Below are positions 50,201-64,000 of a stretch of DNA of 64,000 nucleotides, one piece after another (the first letter of the stretch is position 1; each line of letters begins with the position of its first letter). The stretch covers positions 1,116,001 through 1,180,000 of the forward strand of contig OZ037768.1 in NCBI GenBank assembly GCA_964035545.1, given 5' to 3'. Position numbers and translations under genes: made by a program. The notes under the pieces are model-generated. The model was not told the origin of the DNA. It was given only the letters and a program-made list of their open reading frames with translations, and did no database searches. Source of the stretch: Bugula neritina (taxonomy: Eukaryota; Animalia; Bryozoa).

Positions 50201-53200
50201 GTAATATTTAGACAACAGTTATCAAACAGCAAAGAGTATATACTTGACACACCTTTCAGTACGATATCAGTCTCTGTGTCCCCACTAGGGTAGACAACTC
50301 CAGGACAGTCGATGAGAAATATTCTTCTCATAAGAGTAACGTATTGCCACACCTGTGTGTAGAGACAGCAGCACCATTAAACTGAACACATCACCAGTGA
50401 CTCAACAGTTACTTAACACTGACTCAACAGTTACTTAACACTGACTCAACACTGACTCAACACTGACTTAACAGGTTCTACTGAATGTGAGGAGAGTTGC
50501 CCACTCTACCTTAGTCTCGCCAGCAATTGGAGCCACTTTACACACCTTCTTCTTCCTCAGAGTGTTTATAATGGAACTTTTACCTACATTTGGGTATCCA
50601 ATGAACCCCACGCTAATCTGCTTCTTATCCGTGTGCAGCTGCAATACCGACATACAGTGTCAGATTAGAAGGCCCAGATTTGGCACTATTTCAATAGTTT
50701 AGTGCCTTGGTAGCTGTAACACTTAAGCCAAGTCAATAATCATAACTTATATACAGAACAAAATCAAGAGATTGTAAAAATTTTCCAAAAGTTCAATAAA
50801 TTAATATTAGAGATATTAATTTATTTTTCAATGTGTTTAATATAAAAGGCAAATCCCAATCAATAAACTAGCTACCAGTACATAAGTCCACAATGCTATA
50901 TGACTTACACACCGCTAACTGAGTACTGAATTACACACTGTTAACTGAGTACTAACTTACACACTGCTAACTAATGACTACCTTACACACTGTTAACTGA
51001 GTACTAACTTACACACTGCTAACTAATGACTACCTTACACACTGTTAACTGAGTACTAACTTACACACTGCTAACTAATGACTACCTTACACACTGTTAA
51101 CTAATGACTAACTTACACACTGCTAACTAATGACTACCTTACACACTGCTAACTAATGACTAACTTACACACTGCTAACTAATGACTACCTTACACACTG
51201 TTAACTGAGTACTAACTTACACACTGCTAACTAATGACTACCTTACACACTGCTAACTAATGACTAACTTACACACTGCTAACTAATGACTAACCTTGCC
51301 AAACTGACGCAGCAGCTGTATCAGAGCCCCCTTCCCAAATGGGTTGCTGATACTAGCATGGAAGGCTAGGGTGGGGTACTCCGAGGAGAGTGTAGCCACC
51401 CACTTTTGCTGTAAACAAACACAAATAAGCATTCCAGTCAAAATAAGACATCAACCTAACAAATACATCAGAGAAAATGAATTAATCAACCATACAATGA
51501 GAGAATTCCAAATTTATATTTTTAACATTTTCAAGAAAGTTTAATTGTAAAATACAAGCAACCACTCAGTATTGAGTATTGACTACAGTAAACATTATGA
51601 TTCTCGAAACAAAGGGCTGATATTATTTCATAGTTTTATAACTTATCCAGCATTTAATCCAATAAAAAAGTACTTAATAAAAATACCAACAAATTACTCT
51701 AGTCTAGCCAGTTATTGCCACAACGTACCGTAGACCAAGTAGGGATGAGATCACACTTGTTGAGGACGAAGATCAGGTGCTTGTGAGGTGCTTCTTTTTT
51801 GATGTATTTCTCTACCTGCGGGCACCTGGTGCCTTGTGGATCTCTGGCATCCAGCACATGTATGAGTACGTCAGATGAATCAACTACCTACAATATAACA
51901 CCTGTTCTACATGTCACTCAATTGCACTATAACACCTGCTCCACGTGTCACTCATATTTCATATATCAGTTTCACATAACATACACCTGTTTCACATGTC
52001 ACACTTGTTGTTAGTGTAGTAAAAATTATAAGCTCACTTATGGTAAAATAGTTGAACATTGAAGACTGCAGAATGCATGGAATGTGGGATTGGTGCGTTT
52101 ACCTTGTATAGTTCATTCCAAATGCGTTTAGATTGGCCAGCCTTGAATATAAGAGCAGAGGGTTCATCCTTCACCCCACCCGTGTCTATTTCTATGTTCG
52201 TGTCTTTCTCTTCCACATAGTTTGCTTGGGCAGTCTCGACGTTTTCTAGCATATCCTATAAGATGTTACAATACAATAACAATCCTAGTGGAAACATTTA
52301 TACAACTTGAGCCAATAAGATGAGCTAAACATATTTTGACATCCATGCGATGTAAGAAACAGCAGCTATGCAAGCGCTGTTACAACCATTAACATATTTA
52401 GAGTTTGAACCACTTACCTTGACATCTGCAACTTTCAAGGTCGGCTTTTTACGACGGGACTGCTTGCCAAATGTATTTTCAAATGGTTCCGTGTCGAGCA
52501 GGTGTACCCTAGCATACTGTAACATAATAAAGTATACAGTAAGACAATATAGTATACTGTAACATAATCTAGTACACTGTAACACAATATAGCTTGTTAG
52601 CAAATTGCATACATTAATTTGTAAATTGGTGCTCCAAAAACAAATATCATAAAATACATATACAATATACATGTAAATGTTATTCACTTACAAACATATC
52701 AACTGAGAAGTACAAAGCACTAACATAACTACAGACTGTATTTCACTACCTTAGCTGTTTCATTCAGCAGAGTAATGGGGAGGTTGGTCTTCTTCATTAC
52801 CACCTGGTAAGGGTCCTTCATAACCTTGCCCATCTCATCTTGGAACTTCTGCAATGCATTCTGTGTGATCACCCGGGTATTACCTTCAAACAAATACATT
52901 AGAAAATTCTAGAAAATAGGCACTCCAGTTGACAACTCAAAATAGTTTCCTCTGAGTCGTGGATTTACTCATTTCCTGTCTGTCTATACATACCAAACCA
53001 CTTCCTGTTGGGTGCAACTCTAGCCTGTGTACCAGAAGGAAGACGAGTCTGAAATGGCGCCGCTTTTGTAATCTTTCCAGAAGAGTTTCTAAAAAAACAT
53101 CAACAGTCTACAATATTGGGACTCCATATGTCTAAAAGCAATGAGATCAACAATGATGATTAAAAAAACACAGTTGATATATTTATACTTCACCTGGTGG

Positions 53201-53634
53201 GTTTACCTCCCCGGTACATAAGTAGACGCTTAATAGTAGCTTTACTTCTTGCATTTTGACCACCAGCTGCATTTGTCCTGTCTACAAACAATAGCTACAA
53301 TATATTATTTGCGTACCAACAGTTTTCTTGCTATTGCCCAGCTACAAGACAGTTGAATACAAGTCTTTTTGGTGAACAACTTAAATGGAGTTTATTCTCT
53401 AGCTTTGTTGAATAGAATTCAGTTTTTGAAATGGTTACCACTACCATTATGAACATGGAACAAAACAAAACAAATCAAATGAACTATTAGAGCATAACCA
53501 TTATGAACATAGTACTTAATCTGAGAACTGTTATTAGACCCAGCAATTAAATTTCACCTACCAGGGTTAAAGCTGTGGCCAGACTTGTTTATTCCTGGCT
53601 TCCCTTTCGTGCCAGACTTTGCTGTTTTAACCAT
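47267..53634 (-). CDS. GNL2: Nucleolar GTP-binding protein 2 (NOG2/NGP1, circularly permuted GTPase)
   Basis: [114 protein letters not shown]; ~16 exons. Confidence 0.96.
49605..49750. repeat. ~26-30-bp minisatellite next to GNL2 acceptor
   Basis: cccctctctccgtatacctctggtacac x~5. Confidence 0.85.
50902..51294 (-). repeat. 26-bp minisatellite starting at GNL2 donor
   Basis: cttacacactgctaactaatgacta(a/c) x~15. Confidence 0.93.
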
Positions 53635-55280
53635 GATGATGATGCTCCCAGTAAAAAAAACAAGTACTATTACTAGCAAAATTAAAATTGAAGACAGATA
53701 TTCAAATAATTAAACTTAAAGACTGAAGAGTATTATAATTAGTAAATTACTATTATAGATATACTTATAGGCCTAGTTATATAATAATCACAATAACTAT
53801 AATAATACCAAGCGTGAGTGACTAAGTCTAGTTTAAGTACGACCTCTGCAAATGCATAAAATATATGATTATTATTTATATTATTATGTACAAAAAAAAA
53901 ATAAGTGTAGTAAAACAAAAAATTCCAAATTGAATTTTCTTTTCAAGTTTTTCATAATTCGATTCAATCGATTATTTTATTCAGTAATACTATTAGTAAG
54001 AGTAATACTAATATTATGGTACTACTACTACTAGTAGTAGTATAACTAGTAGTAGTAGTACTACTACTACTACTACTACTAGTAATTACTACTATTACTA
54101 GTAGTAGTACTTATTCTTACAGTTAATCACTTAATGTACTTACAGTTAGTGTTACTATTTATAATTATACTTATTCTTAATCTCATATTTAGAGTATTAC
54201 TATTACAATTAGTTAACCATTTACATTACAATTATAATAATAATAACAGTGATTATGATAATCAGTGATTGTCATTATGATCAATATTATCAATATAATT
54301 AAATTTTAATTTAATCATAATGATAATGATAATCATAAAATATAAATATGATAATCATCTTCATATTGATATTCATAATGATAATGACAAAGCATTACTA
54401 TAATTAACAGTAAAGAGTAATACTTATATTTATACTAAGCCAAAGTCTAGTACTACTACAAGTACTAGTAAGACTAGAAAAAAGTTTTACTTAATCACTT
54501 ATTCCTGGTAATTATGATAAACTGATGCAAATTAAAATTTAATTTCATGTATTTAAGAAACCATCGACTAGTTTAGTTCAGAAAACGCTTAAAGCAGCAC
54601 AAAGTTGGTAGGCATTAGGCGAAATAAATTGTAATGTCTATACAAGCGCAGGACAAAATGCCCCCAGACTTAGTGTTGTTTCTAACGAATCTCGTTTGAT
54701 TCAACTTGTGAATATAAAAACGTGTATAGACTGAGATGTTAAAATATAGACTGTAATCGGCGACATTTTTTAAAAGTAAGATAACCTTTATCGCTAGAAT
54801 TTGGCTTTTTAAAGATAAGATAAATCCAAAATAACTGTAGTACGCTCTACCTAAAATGTTGCAACTAGCTGTGTTCAGAAATTTACTGGATTGTTGATAA
54901 CCAGGTATATAAGCAATTTGCAAACTACCAAAAGCTGCTATTACTTTGTAAAAATTCAAGTTGCTGTTTACTTAAACAAAACACTGGATTAAATACTTCA
55001 GAAATTAATTTTATTATGCAATTCTATCTGCAAAATTTCACAAATAGGATCATTATATGACTATATATACGAGTAGAGAGATATAGAATGGTAATAGAAT
55101 ATTATGTACAAAAATTATAAACTTATAACCAATATAAATACTTTACATGGAAATTGTTATGCAACATGGAATGAACATAAAACTGTATTCTTATAACAAT
55201 GAAATCACAACACAAAGATTGCAACGCACTTGATGAATATGAAAAAAGTTATGAAAAAAATAAAGCACCAATCTTCTCAA

Positions 55281-57508
55281 CTAGCTTGTTTTTTCTTCTG
55301 ACACGACAAGCAGAGACTTCATGAATTCAGACACGTACCAGCCCTGTAACACAAAGCATGCAGTTAACCATGCTCATGTACATGATTATATACAATATAT
55401 ATATATATACAACTTTATTGTGATCAACATGGCATACAATGATCTCAGCTGAGTAAAAAATATTTTGAATCATTAAACATTATAAAAACTTATTTTTTAT
55501 TTTAAATCAATTTTACTTTTCAGACTGGAGATGTGTTTACTAGAACCGTGTGATGCCAATAAGGTTATGCACCGAGTGATCTATTATTTGGGCCAATCTA
55601 GCAAATACTTATTACAATTCAATTTAATATGCAGCTTAACTTGAAGGCATATGTTTCTGTTTAACATTGAAGTACCTACAGCTAATCTCTTTACTACATC
55701 TTAATATATTACCTCAGCTATTGCTGCCAGAAATCGTCCAATAAGAAGCAAGACGAGAATCAAGTACTGCAGGTGGAGAGAGAGACCTGGGGGCAGCAAC
55801 TGGGGTGAGTGAATCATGACGTAACACCAGATGGGGAGGAGAAACAAACTCCCAATAATATAGAAACCGTGAACAGTCTTGAAATCTAAACCAGATGACA
55901 AAATTAGTAGTCATGTGACCACTTTTGTCTGTCTTATAGGAGTTGCCCCCCCTACTTACTTAAACATGAGCGTCTATTACGTAATAATAAATAGGAAATA
56001 CACAAAACAGCAGAGAATAAGCAGACTACAACCTCTCAGAATACTCTAGAAGGTTATAGTGTTTCACAGAATGCAACTAGATACTTACTATTGCTCATAA
56101 TAGTGGCGACTAGAGGGGGTGTCGTAGGGGGCTCCTTCCAACCCTTTCCGAATATGGTATGAATAGCAAAGAATGTCAGCCACTCCCAACATATGACACA
56201 GTAACCTACAACCTAAGGCTACAACTTACAACCTGAGGCTATGTTGGTTATAATAGTAACAGTAACACTCCTCTTATCAACAAACATCTATTCGATTGAA
56301 GTAGATAGCCATTAAGTAGAGGTTATTCACATTTACTCAGTGCAAGTATCTTACATGTAGCATACAAGTATTACAGTCAGAATAAACCCAGCTTAGAGTC
56401 TACACATTCTAGAGTCTACACTCTACAGTATTACAATATGACTGACTTTCCCCCAGTATATATACTTACGACATTAACTATGACCCATAGAAATCCTCTG
56501 GCTATCAGATCCACAAACACATCAAACTAGAAAATGTAATTAGATACAAATTTTTAGAGCACACAACTTCTAATCTGCTGAAACTCTCTCTTGTATTTGT
56601 CAACTTTCAATTGATACTTTCCTCTAATTTTATTCAAATATTTGAAGATTATGTTGACTTCACTAAGCAATTGGATGAAGATCTAAGATAGGTCAAGTAA
56701 AGCTGTAGTTTATAATATTTTCTTTGATGGCAGAAGACAACTCCCTGCAACTATTACAAAAAATTTTTTTTTAAAAGTTATCTATTAAATTATGCTAACC
56801 TAAGTATTAGAAATTTTATATATCATTCAAACCTACCCATGCTCCAAATGTACTACACTGACCAAGCTGTCTTGCTAGATAACCATCAATTCCTAACAAA
56901 TTAAACCAGTTCGAGCATGTAAGGCAGGAATTGCAGCAAAAAATAATGTAGAAAAAATACATTCTTAAGATTATTAAGCTAACAAGTAACACAAATAGTT
57001 ACCAGTCTCTAACTACATAACAGCAGAAAAAATATTTTCAATGAAAGAACTTGATCTAATCTTACCATCTAGAGCAAAGTTAGTGAGGAAAAGGAGCAGA
57101 AACCAGATGTGTGCGGATTGGTAATGACACAGAACTCCTAGTACGCATATTAATAGCCTCAAGTAACCTGTACATGCCATAGGGAATGTGATTATAGCCA
57201 TACTAATTAAATGTGACTGCTAAAAGGCAATCTAAAAATATTCACTTTTTATACATCAAATGCTAATCAAACATTAATCTCAGGATATTTTTTAGCATAA
57301 AATATAAAATTTGATATAACTGTTGGCAAATTTCGCTTAAAAATGAAGCAGGGTTAAAACAAAAAAATTTAAATTTTAAGTACAACGTTTTCTGTTTATA
57401 TTGAGCATATAAAATATCTTAATAAATATTTCACAATGCATAGTTCTACTTACCTATCAAATTAGGAACCCATAATAAAACATGCCATTGATATGTATCT
57501 TTTGGCAT
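55281..57508 (-). CDS. CDP-alcohol phosphatidyltransferase family protein (phosphatidylinositol-synthase-like N-terminus, divergent C-terminus)
   Basis: Exons 57508-57454, ~57168-57066, ~56892-56837, ~56526-56469, ~56205-56089, ~55887-55733, ~55343-55281. VLLWVPNLIGYLR and the signature D-GIDGYLARQLGQCSTFGAWFDVFVD. Confidence 0.85.
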
Positions 57509-58516
57509 TCTACAGTAACAAGTGAATATATCATATGCCTAATTGACTCAGTTCTAAAAACATTGTTTTTGTAATAGAATAGTAGAATATCTTGTCACTT
57601 TTATTACAAGCTATTATGTACAGTAAATAATGTCCAACTACACGCTTATGACTTATGCAAGTGTTTCTTTACTATTAATATTATTGAATTCTATCAATTC
57701 TATTAGTCGTTGGTGTCACACTGTATTTCAATTTACAAACACAATGAGTGCAAGGTTTTGATAAGGACATGTTATATAAAGCCAACATGGTATTTCTATA
57801 TAACTTTACAATTATCAAATGACTATCATTATCACGATCATCATCATTATGATTCTCCCCACAATTATTCATTCTGATTCTGCCTAGCCCTATGTAAAAC
57901 AAAAGTCATCAATTTTAAACCTTAAAACAGATAGTGAACAAAAGACAAAACGACTCTTTGATAGTTGCTTGTCATCCTTATTTATATCATTATGATTATG
58001 ATCATTATTGTCACTTTTATGGTCACACTTTCACTTTGACTTACAGTTACTGAGTTAGTGCTACTCTCATTCACATTGCCTGTTGCCGTGATTGCGCACT
58101 GATATTTACTAAGCCTGCGATTGGAGACCAAGATAAAGAGTTTGAAGTCAAATTAAAATTGACAATAAAAATTAAAACCAACTAAAGCCACTGCAAAGTG
58201 ACGTTTCATAGAACTTGGATTTATAATATTAAAACACTACATTTGATTTAGCATCACGATGAACAAGTCAATTTCAGCACTGGGCTGAACTATTTAAACG
58301 GAACAAAGCCAACAATGCGCCTGTTGTAGTACTAAAGTGTTTCGAATTTTGGAAACAGTTGATTTATTGTATTTGATTTTATTTTTTTTATTTTTAATTT
58401 TATAAAAATATTTTTTTAAATTAAACGCAGAAACAGATTTTATTTTGTGAAAACCTGTTAGTATGTGCTCACTGAAGTCAGACACAGAAAAACATCCGGA
58501 CAGACAGCTGTTGGAA

Positions 58517-61500
58517 ATGGCGTTGAGTAATGAACAACCCCTAACCATATTGCTCGTTATAGTAACGTTTTTACTGAATTTTTCTAGTTTTCATTGTAAA
58601 ATTTGGGAGGAATTAGATTTCAACTCGTATCATCATTACTCAGATGTAAATACATTGTTTAAATCTTATGAAAAAAGATTCCCCACATTAGCCAAAGTTG
58701 GTTCCATTGGAAAATCCGAAAAGGGAAGAGACTTGCTTTACATACAAATATCAGATAATGTATCAACTACCGAACCTGGAGAGCCGATGTTTAAATATGT
58801 TGGCAACATTCATGGTAATGAAGCTGTTGGTAGAGAACTGATCATCTATTTAACTCAGTATCTCCTTGAAAACTACCAACTTGATGCCAGGGTTAAGAAA
58901 CTGGTGGATAGCACCAACATATTTCTCATGCCTAGTGCTAACCCGGATGGTTTTGAACGGGCCAAACTCGGGGTAGGCGGTGGAAGAGCTAGTGATAGCT
59001 GTTTAGGTGTTCAAGGAAGGCCGAATGCTAATAATGTCGATTTGAACAGAAACTTTCCCGATCAGTTTCGCACACAACTGAATGATCCTATTCAAAAGGA
59101 AACACAAGCTTTAATCAACTGGATTGAAAACAATAAGTTTGTCTTGTCTGCAAATCTTCATGGAGGAAGTGTTGTAGCTAGCTATCCTTATGATGATTCT
59201 GCTAAACATATAATGGCCGGCCATTACAGTCCTGCTCCCGATGATGCAGTGTTCAGGTAGCTAATTTTATTCTAAGTTGGAAATGTATAAAATTAAACGC
59301 TACAGACTTACTTTGATTCTCTTCATTAATTTTATAAAATTGGACCATATTCAAATTTGACTGTTAGTCATCTGTGAAAGTTTCCATCTAATGTAGTTGC
59401 ATTGGACTTCTATATGACAATAGTGCAGCACTTATTTATAAGCCTAGGTTGACAATTAATTTGTGTCTTATTTTTTGTCAGACAATTTTTAAGCTTTTAA
59501 TCATTTTTGAAAATAATCGTTTGAATTTAAGATTTATATAGATTCATTCTATGATATAGAATGTAAGAATATATTAGATATGCATAAAAGTAATGCCATT
59601 GTTATTTGAAATAAGTTACTTTCAGCTTGTAAGTTACAATCATGTAGTAGAAAGGGAACTATTAATGTGCATTTTCAATTTATTTATTTTCCATGTTACT
59701 TTAATCAAAAACTGCTGGAGTTGTCCACTTTTGCACCTTATTATGAATATTGACTGTACACAGCTAGTTGAAAGTCGCATCTTGTGCTGTATTTTCAGAC
59801 ATCTTGCTCTTACCTACGCTAGTAACCACAAAACTATGCCTGCCGGGAACTTATGTGAGGGGGATAACTTCAAAGATGGCATCACCAATGGAGCTGATTG
59901 GTACGACGTGCCAGGTAAGATAACGTAGCCTGTAGCAGTGTGCAGTTCTATTCTAAACACTGAGACTGTTTTCAGATCAGCATGTACCCAATCAGACTCT
60001 AACGCAGTACTTACTGTTGTTAAATATAGTCTAACAATGTTGTGACTTTGGTGAGGTGGTTTTATGAATATAAAGATATTCCCTACAAAGCTGCATTTTC
60101 CTAAAACCATAGCAATGTGTTTTATAATGTAGTACAGTTATGCTATATAATATATTAATTATGTGATATAATACAGAGACACTGTGGAGTATATTGTTGG
60201 AATGTATTGTTAGAGTGTATATCCCTTGTCAGTAGTACAGTCTTATCACCTCGTCACTATGACCTCCATGTTTAGGCAGGGCTGAGAAACAGCCACCTGT
60301 TATTATAACTCAACTCTGTAAAGCACCTGCACTGTGTGTCAGTAGATGTACACCATAGCAATGCTGTAGAGCATCTGCACTGTGTGTCAGTAGATGTACA
60401 CTATAGCAATGCTGTAGAGCATCTGCACTGTGTGTCAGTAGATGTGCACCATAGCAATGCTGTAGAGCACCTGCACTGTGTGTCAGCAGATGTGCACCAT
60501 AGCAATGCTGTAGAGCGCCTGCACTGTGTGTCAGTAGATGTACACCATAGCAATGCTGTAGAGCGCCTGCACTGTGTGTCAGTAGATGTACACCATAGCA
60601 ATGCTGTAGAACACCTGCACTGTGTGTTAGTAGATGTACACCATAGCAATGCTGTAGAGCGCCTGTACTGTGTGTCAGTAGATGTACACCATAGCAATGC
60701 TGATACTTTGAACTGTTTATTGTTATTCACATCCTGTTGAAAATGTTCTAACTGTGTTCTCAAAGTGCCTCTTTATTGGTGGAGTTGGAACATTTACCAC
60801 AGCTTCAGTTCTAACTATGTTGCTGCTTTTTAAATTATCATTACTTTCGTGATTGCTCCATCACAATATGAAAACTCCCATTTGGTAGTTGCAACTATGA
60901 AGTAACTCCATATTTTCAGTAACTGAATGCCCCTGATTTACACCAGTCTTTATTATTATATTCATACTGAAAGACCTGTTGTAACCTTTTAGTAATTAAG
61001 TGAATTGGTACAAGAAAGCTGTTTTGTCATCGTATTATTATTTTACCTCTGTTGCAAGAGTCATGCCAGGTCAGCAACAGGATATATAGTTTACTATGTT
61101 TATGTACACTTTTGAAGTTCAATAATAAATCAGTCTAGATCTGTGTGACAAACTACTAAGACATTCCCTTGCTGCTGCCTCTATCATATAATACTATAAC
61201 ATTAAACCCGTGACACCCTACAGTATGTTCATGCTGAAAGGGCACCTGTGACTACATGTATGTTCATTCTGAGAGGGTACCTGTAACTACATGTATGGTT
61301 ATACTGAAAGGGCACCTGTGACTACATGTATGTTCATACTGAAAGGGTACCTGTTGCAGGTGGCATGCAGGACTACAACTACCTCCACAGCAACTGTTTT
61401 GAGATCACTGTAGAGTTGTCGTGCTGCAAGTACCCCCCAGTGAGCAGACTGTCCATTGAGTGGAATAACAACAAGGAGTCACTCCTGTCTTTCATGGAAC

Positions 61501-64000
61501 AGGTAGGTTTATTACCTGTCCAGTTGTGCTGTTGTCTTTAATTCGCTTTGTATACTTTAGAGTTTAGGGTTTTATAAGTTTGCATTACATTTTAATTTTA
61601 ATATAAAGCTTGTTATTAAGCCAAGAAACAAGACGAGTTGGATGTTTAATTGAGGTAGATATGTAGCATACTCTAGTACTAAGACATTCTGTTCCTCAAA
61701 GTTTTATTTTGTTATAAACTATGGTAATGATTATAGTAATGAGTTCTGTGAGCTAAATCATGAAGTTAAGTATATTGAAAGTTTTAAAAAGAGATTTCCA
61801 CTACAAACTTGTTATCTGAAAGCATTGCCTTAATTTCCCTCTGAGCTGGAACTGAGCTGTATGTAATTGTGGCTGAGTTGATTAATTAATAGGCCATTGT
61901 CTCTGTAGTATATAAGAGAATAATACTTTAGATTATTATGTAATACTTCAGCAAATGTCATTTATTGTCTTATCTGGTGTAATGTAAATGCCACTGGCAT
62001 TGTATTACTGTACTATGTCTTATAGTATACTATGTTATACACTGTACTACACTTTATACTTCTTGTTATTTTCAGGATTACCTTCATGTAGTGTTATTAA
62101 TTACAAACCGTGTACAGGGAATTACAATATCTAGCTGTTAGACACAGAGTCTGCACTGTATTGCAGGTGCATCAAGGTGTGAAAGGTTATGTGAGAGATG
62201 AGGCAACCGGAGCTGGCATAGAGAATGCCACCATATCTGTGGGCGGAATCAACCATCCTGTGACAGCGGCAGCATTTGGTGATTTCTGGAGACTGCTTGT
62301 ACCGGGCAGTTATAACCTCACATTCTCGGCTGCCGGGTGAGTCAGCGCCTAGCTGTGATGTGATACGTGACGTGAAAGTGTGACAGTTCACACATGCCTA
62401 ACTCATCTAGTAATACAATACGTGTCTAATAATGTCTCAGCCAGTGTTCACAGGATGTTTTGTTTCTACTGCGTAATTTGCTATTGATTTTTGTTGGTAA
62501 CACTTGCTGTGTGACAGATTTAGACTCGCACCTACTTCAGTGACGTATTAGCTGTAATATACAGCAGCCGGCTATGCTGTCTATTTATAGGTACGATTCT
62601 AAAACGCTGACCCAAGTGGTGGTTACTGACGGCAGCGCTACTGAGGTGGAGGTCAAGATGAAGAAATCATTGGATTTATCTCTGGCAGCCATGTTGGCCA
62701 AGTTTGCTAACAGCACACATCGGCAGCCGCTGCCTGGCCTGGTGGAGCCCACAGGTGAGTCCTGTACTCTACACAGGCACACAACTCTTGTCTCTCACAT
62801 TGTTACTAATCAGTCTACAAAACCAATTAATCAACTTTTTTGTATTGATTAAATTTTTATCGTGAAGTGTTTACTGAGTTTTCTAAATATTATGTGCATA
62901 TTACGTGGGGAATAGGTGTATGCAAACATTCCTGGGCATGTAATTTACGTCCTCTCAGTCTAAAGTTTCACCTTAATAAACTCGGCAATCACTTGTACTA
63001 TCAACCAGCTAATGATGTATCGAAATGTTATACTAATACTAATCATTAAATACATGGCTGTGAAGTTGCATACATAACAAGTGTGAATGGAGGTTGTGGC
63101 AGATATTGTGTTTATAATTGTGCTGCATGTTTATTGATTTGTGTAGAGCTGTACGTCACATCACGCTGTCACAGCTAGAAATAGTTTGTTATCCTGCTGG
63201 TATTGCATAATATGCGCGTGTATATATACTGTATACACAATATGCATTGATATCTTCTGCAGAGTTTAAACATCATGACCATGTTGCCATGACGAAATAC
63301 CTGCTAGAGATCAGCCAAGAGTTCCCTCACATCACCAAGCTGACGAGTATCGGCAAATCTGTTGAGGGGAGAGATCTCTGGGTGCTGGAAATCAGCGACA
63401 AGCCTGGTGTTCATGAAGAGGGTACTGTGACATCACTTCCTGTCTAAACTATGATATCACTTCCTGTCTAAACTACCTTATCCATTAGTAGTTCTCTAGT
63501 CTTGTGGGAATACTTCAGCTAATTTAGAATATATACTTCAATATCCTTATTCTAGGTACTGTTGATACAGCTTAGCATGTAGACATCGTGTAGAGTATAT
63601 ACAGTGTGTAGTGTAAGTACAGTGTGTGGTGTAAGTACAGTGTGTAGTGTAAGTATATTGTGTGGTGTAAGTACAGTGTATGGTGTAAGTACATTGTGTA
63701 GTGTAAGTATAATGTGTAGTGTAAGTACGATGTGTAGTGTAAGTACAGTGTGTAGTGTAAGTACAGCTTGTGGTGTAAATAACGTGCTGAAAATGTTGTC
63801 TGTAGGAGAGCCAGAGTTTAAGTATATAGCCAACATGCACGGTAATGAGGTGGTGGGGCGGGAGACCCTCCTCCCCCTCATACACGTCCTCTGTCACAAC
63901 TATGGATCCCAGTCTTTCATCACAAAACTGGTTGATGAGACGAGAATATTCATCATGCCCAGTATGAACCCGGATGGACATGAAATAGCTACAGAGGGTG
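58517..64000 (+). CDS. CPD: Carboxypeptidase D (M14B), domain 1 complete and domain 2 partial; runs off the window
   Basis: Signal peptide, [74 protein letters not shown], transthyretin-like [17 protein letters not shown]; second domain [35 protein letters not shown]. Exons 58517-59256, 59799-59913, 61360-61502, 62167-62336, 62591-62754, ~63263-63421, 63807-end. Confidence 0.95.
60316..60701. repeat. 42-bp intronic minisatellite
   Basis: ctgtagagcacctgcactgtgtgtcagtagatgtacaccatagcaatg-type units, ~8-9 copies. Confidence 0.9.
61223..61356 (+). repeat. 35-bp minisatellite ending at CPD acceptor
   Basis: gtatgttcatactgaaagggcacctgtgactacat x~4, then tgcag|GTGGCATG. Confidence 0.88.
63587..63778 (+). 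repeat. 21-bp minisatellite before CPD acceptor
   Basis: gtgtgtagtgtaagtacagt-type units, ~9-10 copies. Confidence 0.88.

Noticed and set aside
53990-54480. (TAC/TAG/TAA)n low-complexity tract with local palindromes upstream of GNL2 (similar at 43290-43560 and 44460-44640)
   Set aside because: Degenerate trinucleotide microsatellite; palindromy follows from composition
60336-60763. His/Cys-rich repeat ORFs suggestive of a metal-binding protein
   Set aside because: Tandem repeat within a CPD intron, open on both strands, with no splice or start support

Overview
AT-rich, intron-rich eukaryotic (invertebrate metazoan) genomic DNA carrying eight spliced protein genes. In order: a very long 5'-truncated PARP14-like macro-PARP (+, to 23686), TSNAXIP1-like (+), a UPF0764/C16orf89 homologue (-), TMEM168 (-), a CREC-family EF-hand protein ending HDEL (+), GNL2 (-), a PIS-like CDP-alcohol phosphatidyltransferase (-), and the 5' part of carboxypeptidase D (+). 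Three non-autonomous DNA transposons (hAT, PIF/Harbinger-like, CMC-like) lie in PARP14 introns. Main unexplained structure: (1) a 102-nt frame-symmetric exon in the macro-PARP encoding an extended canonical eIF4E-binding motif (YGRDFLLKFR); (2) a macro-PARP N-terminus built from duplicated phase-1 exon blocks of identical length; (3) more than 20 mutually unrelated minisatellites, many of which start at an exon/intron junction and copy the splice site, giving arrays of decoy donors or acceptors. All exon models were made by eye from GT/AG, phase and remembered family motifs. Boundaries and repeat copy numbers are approximate, and no database search was run.
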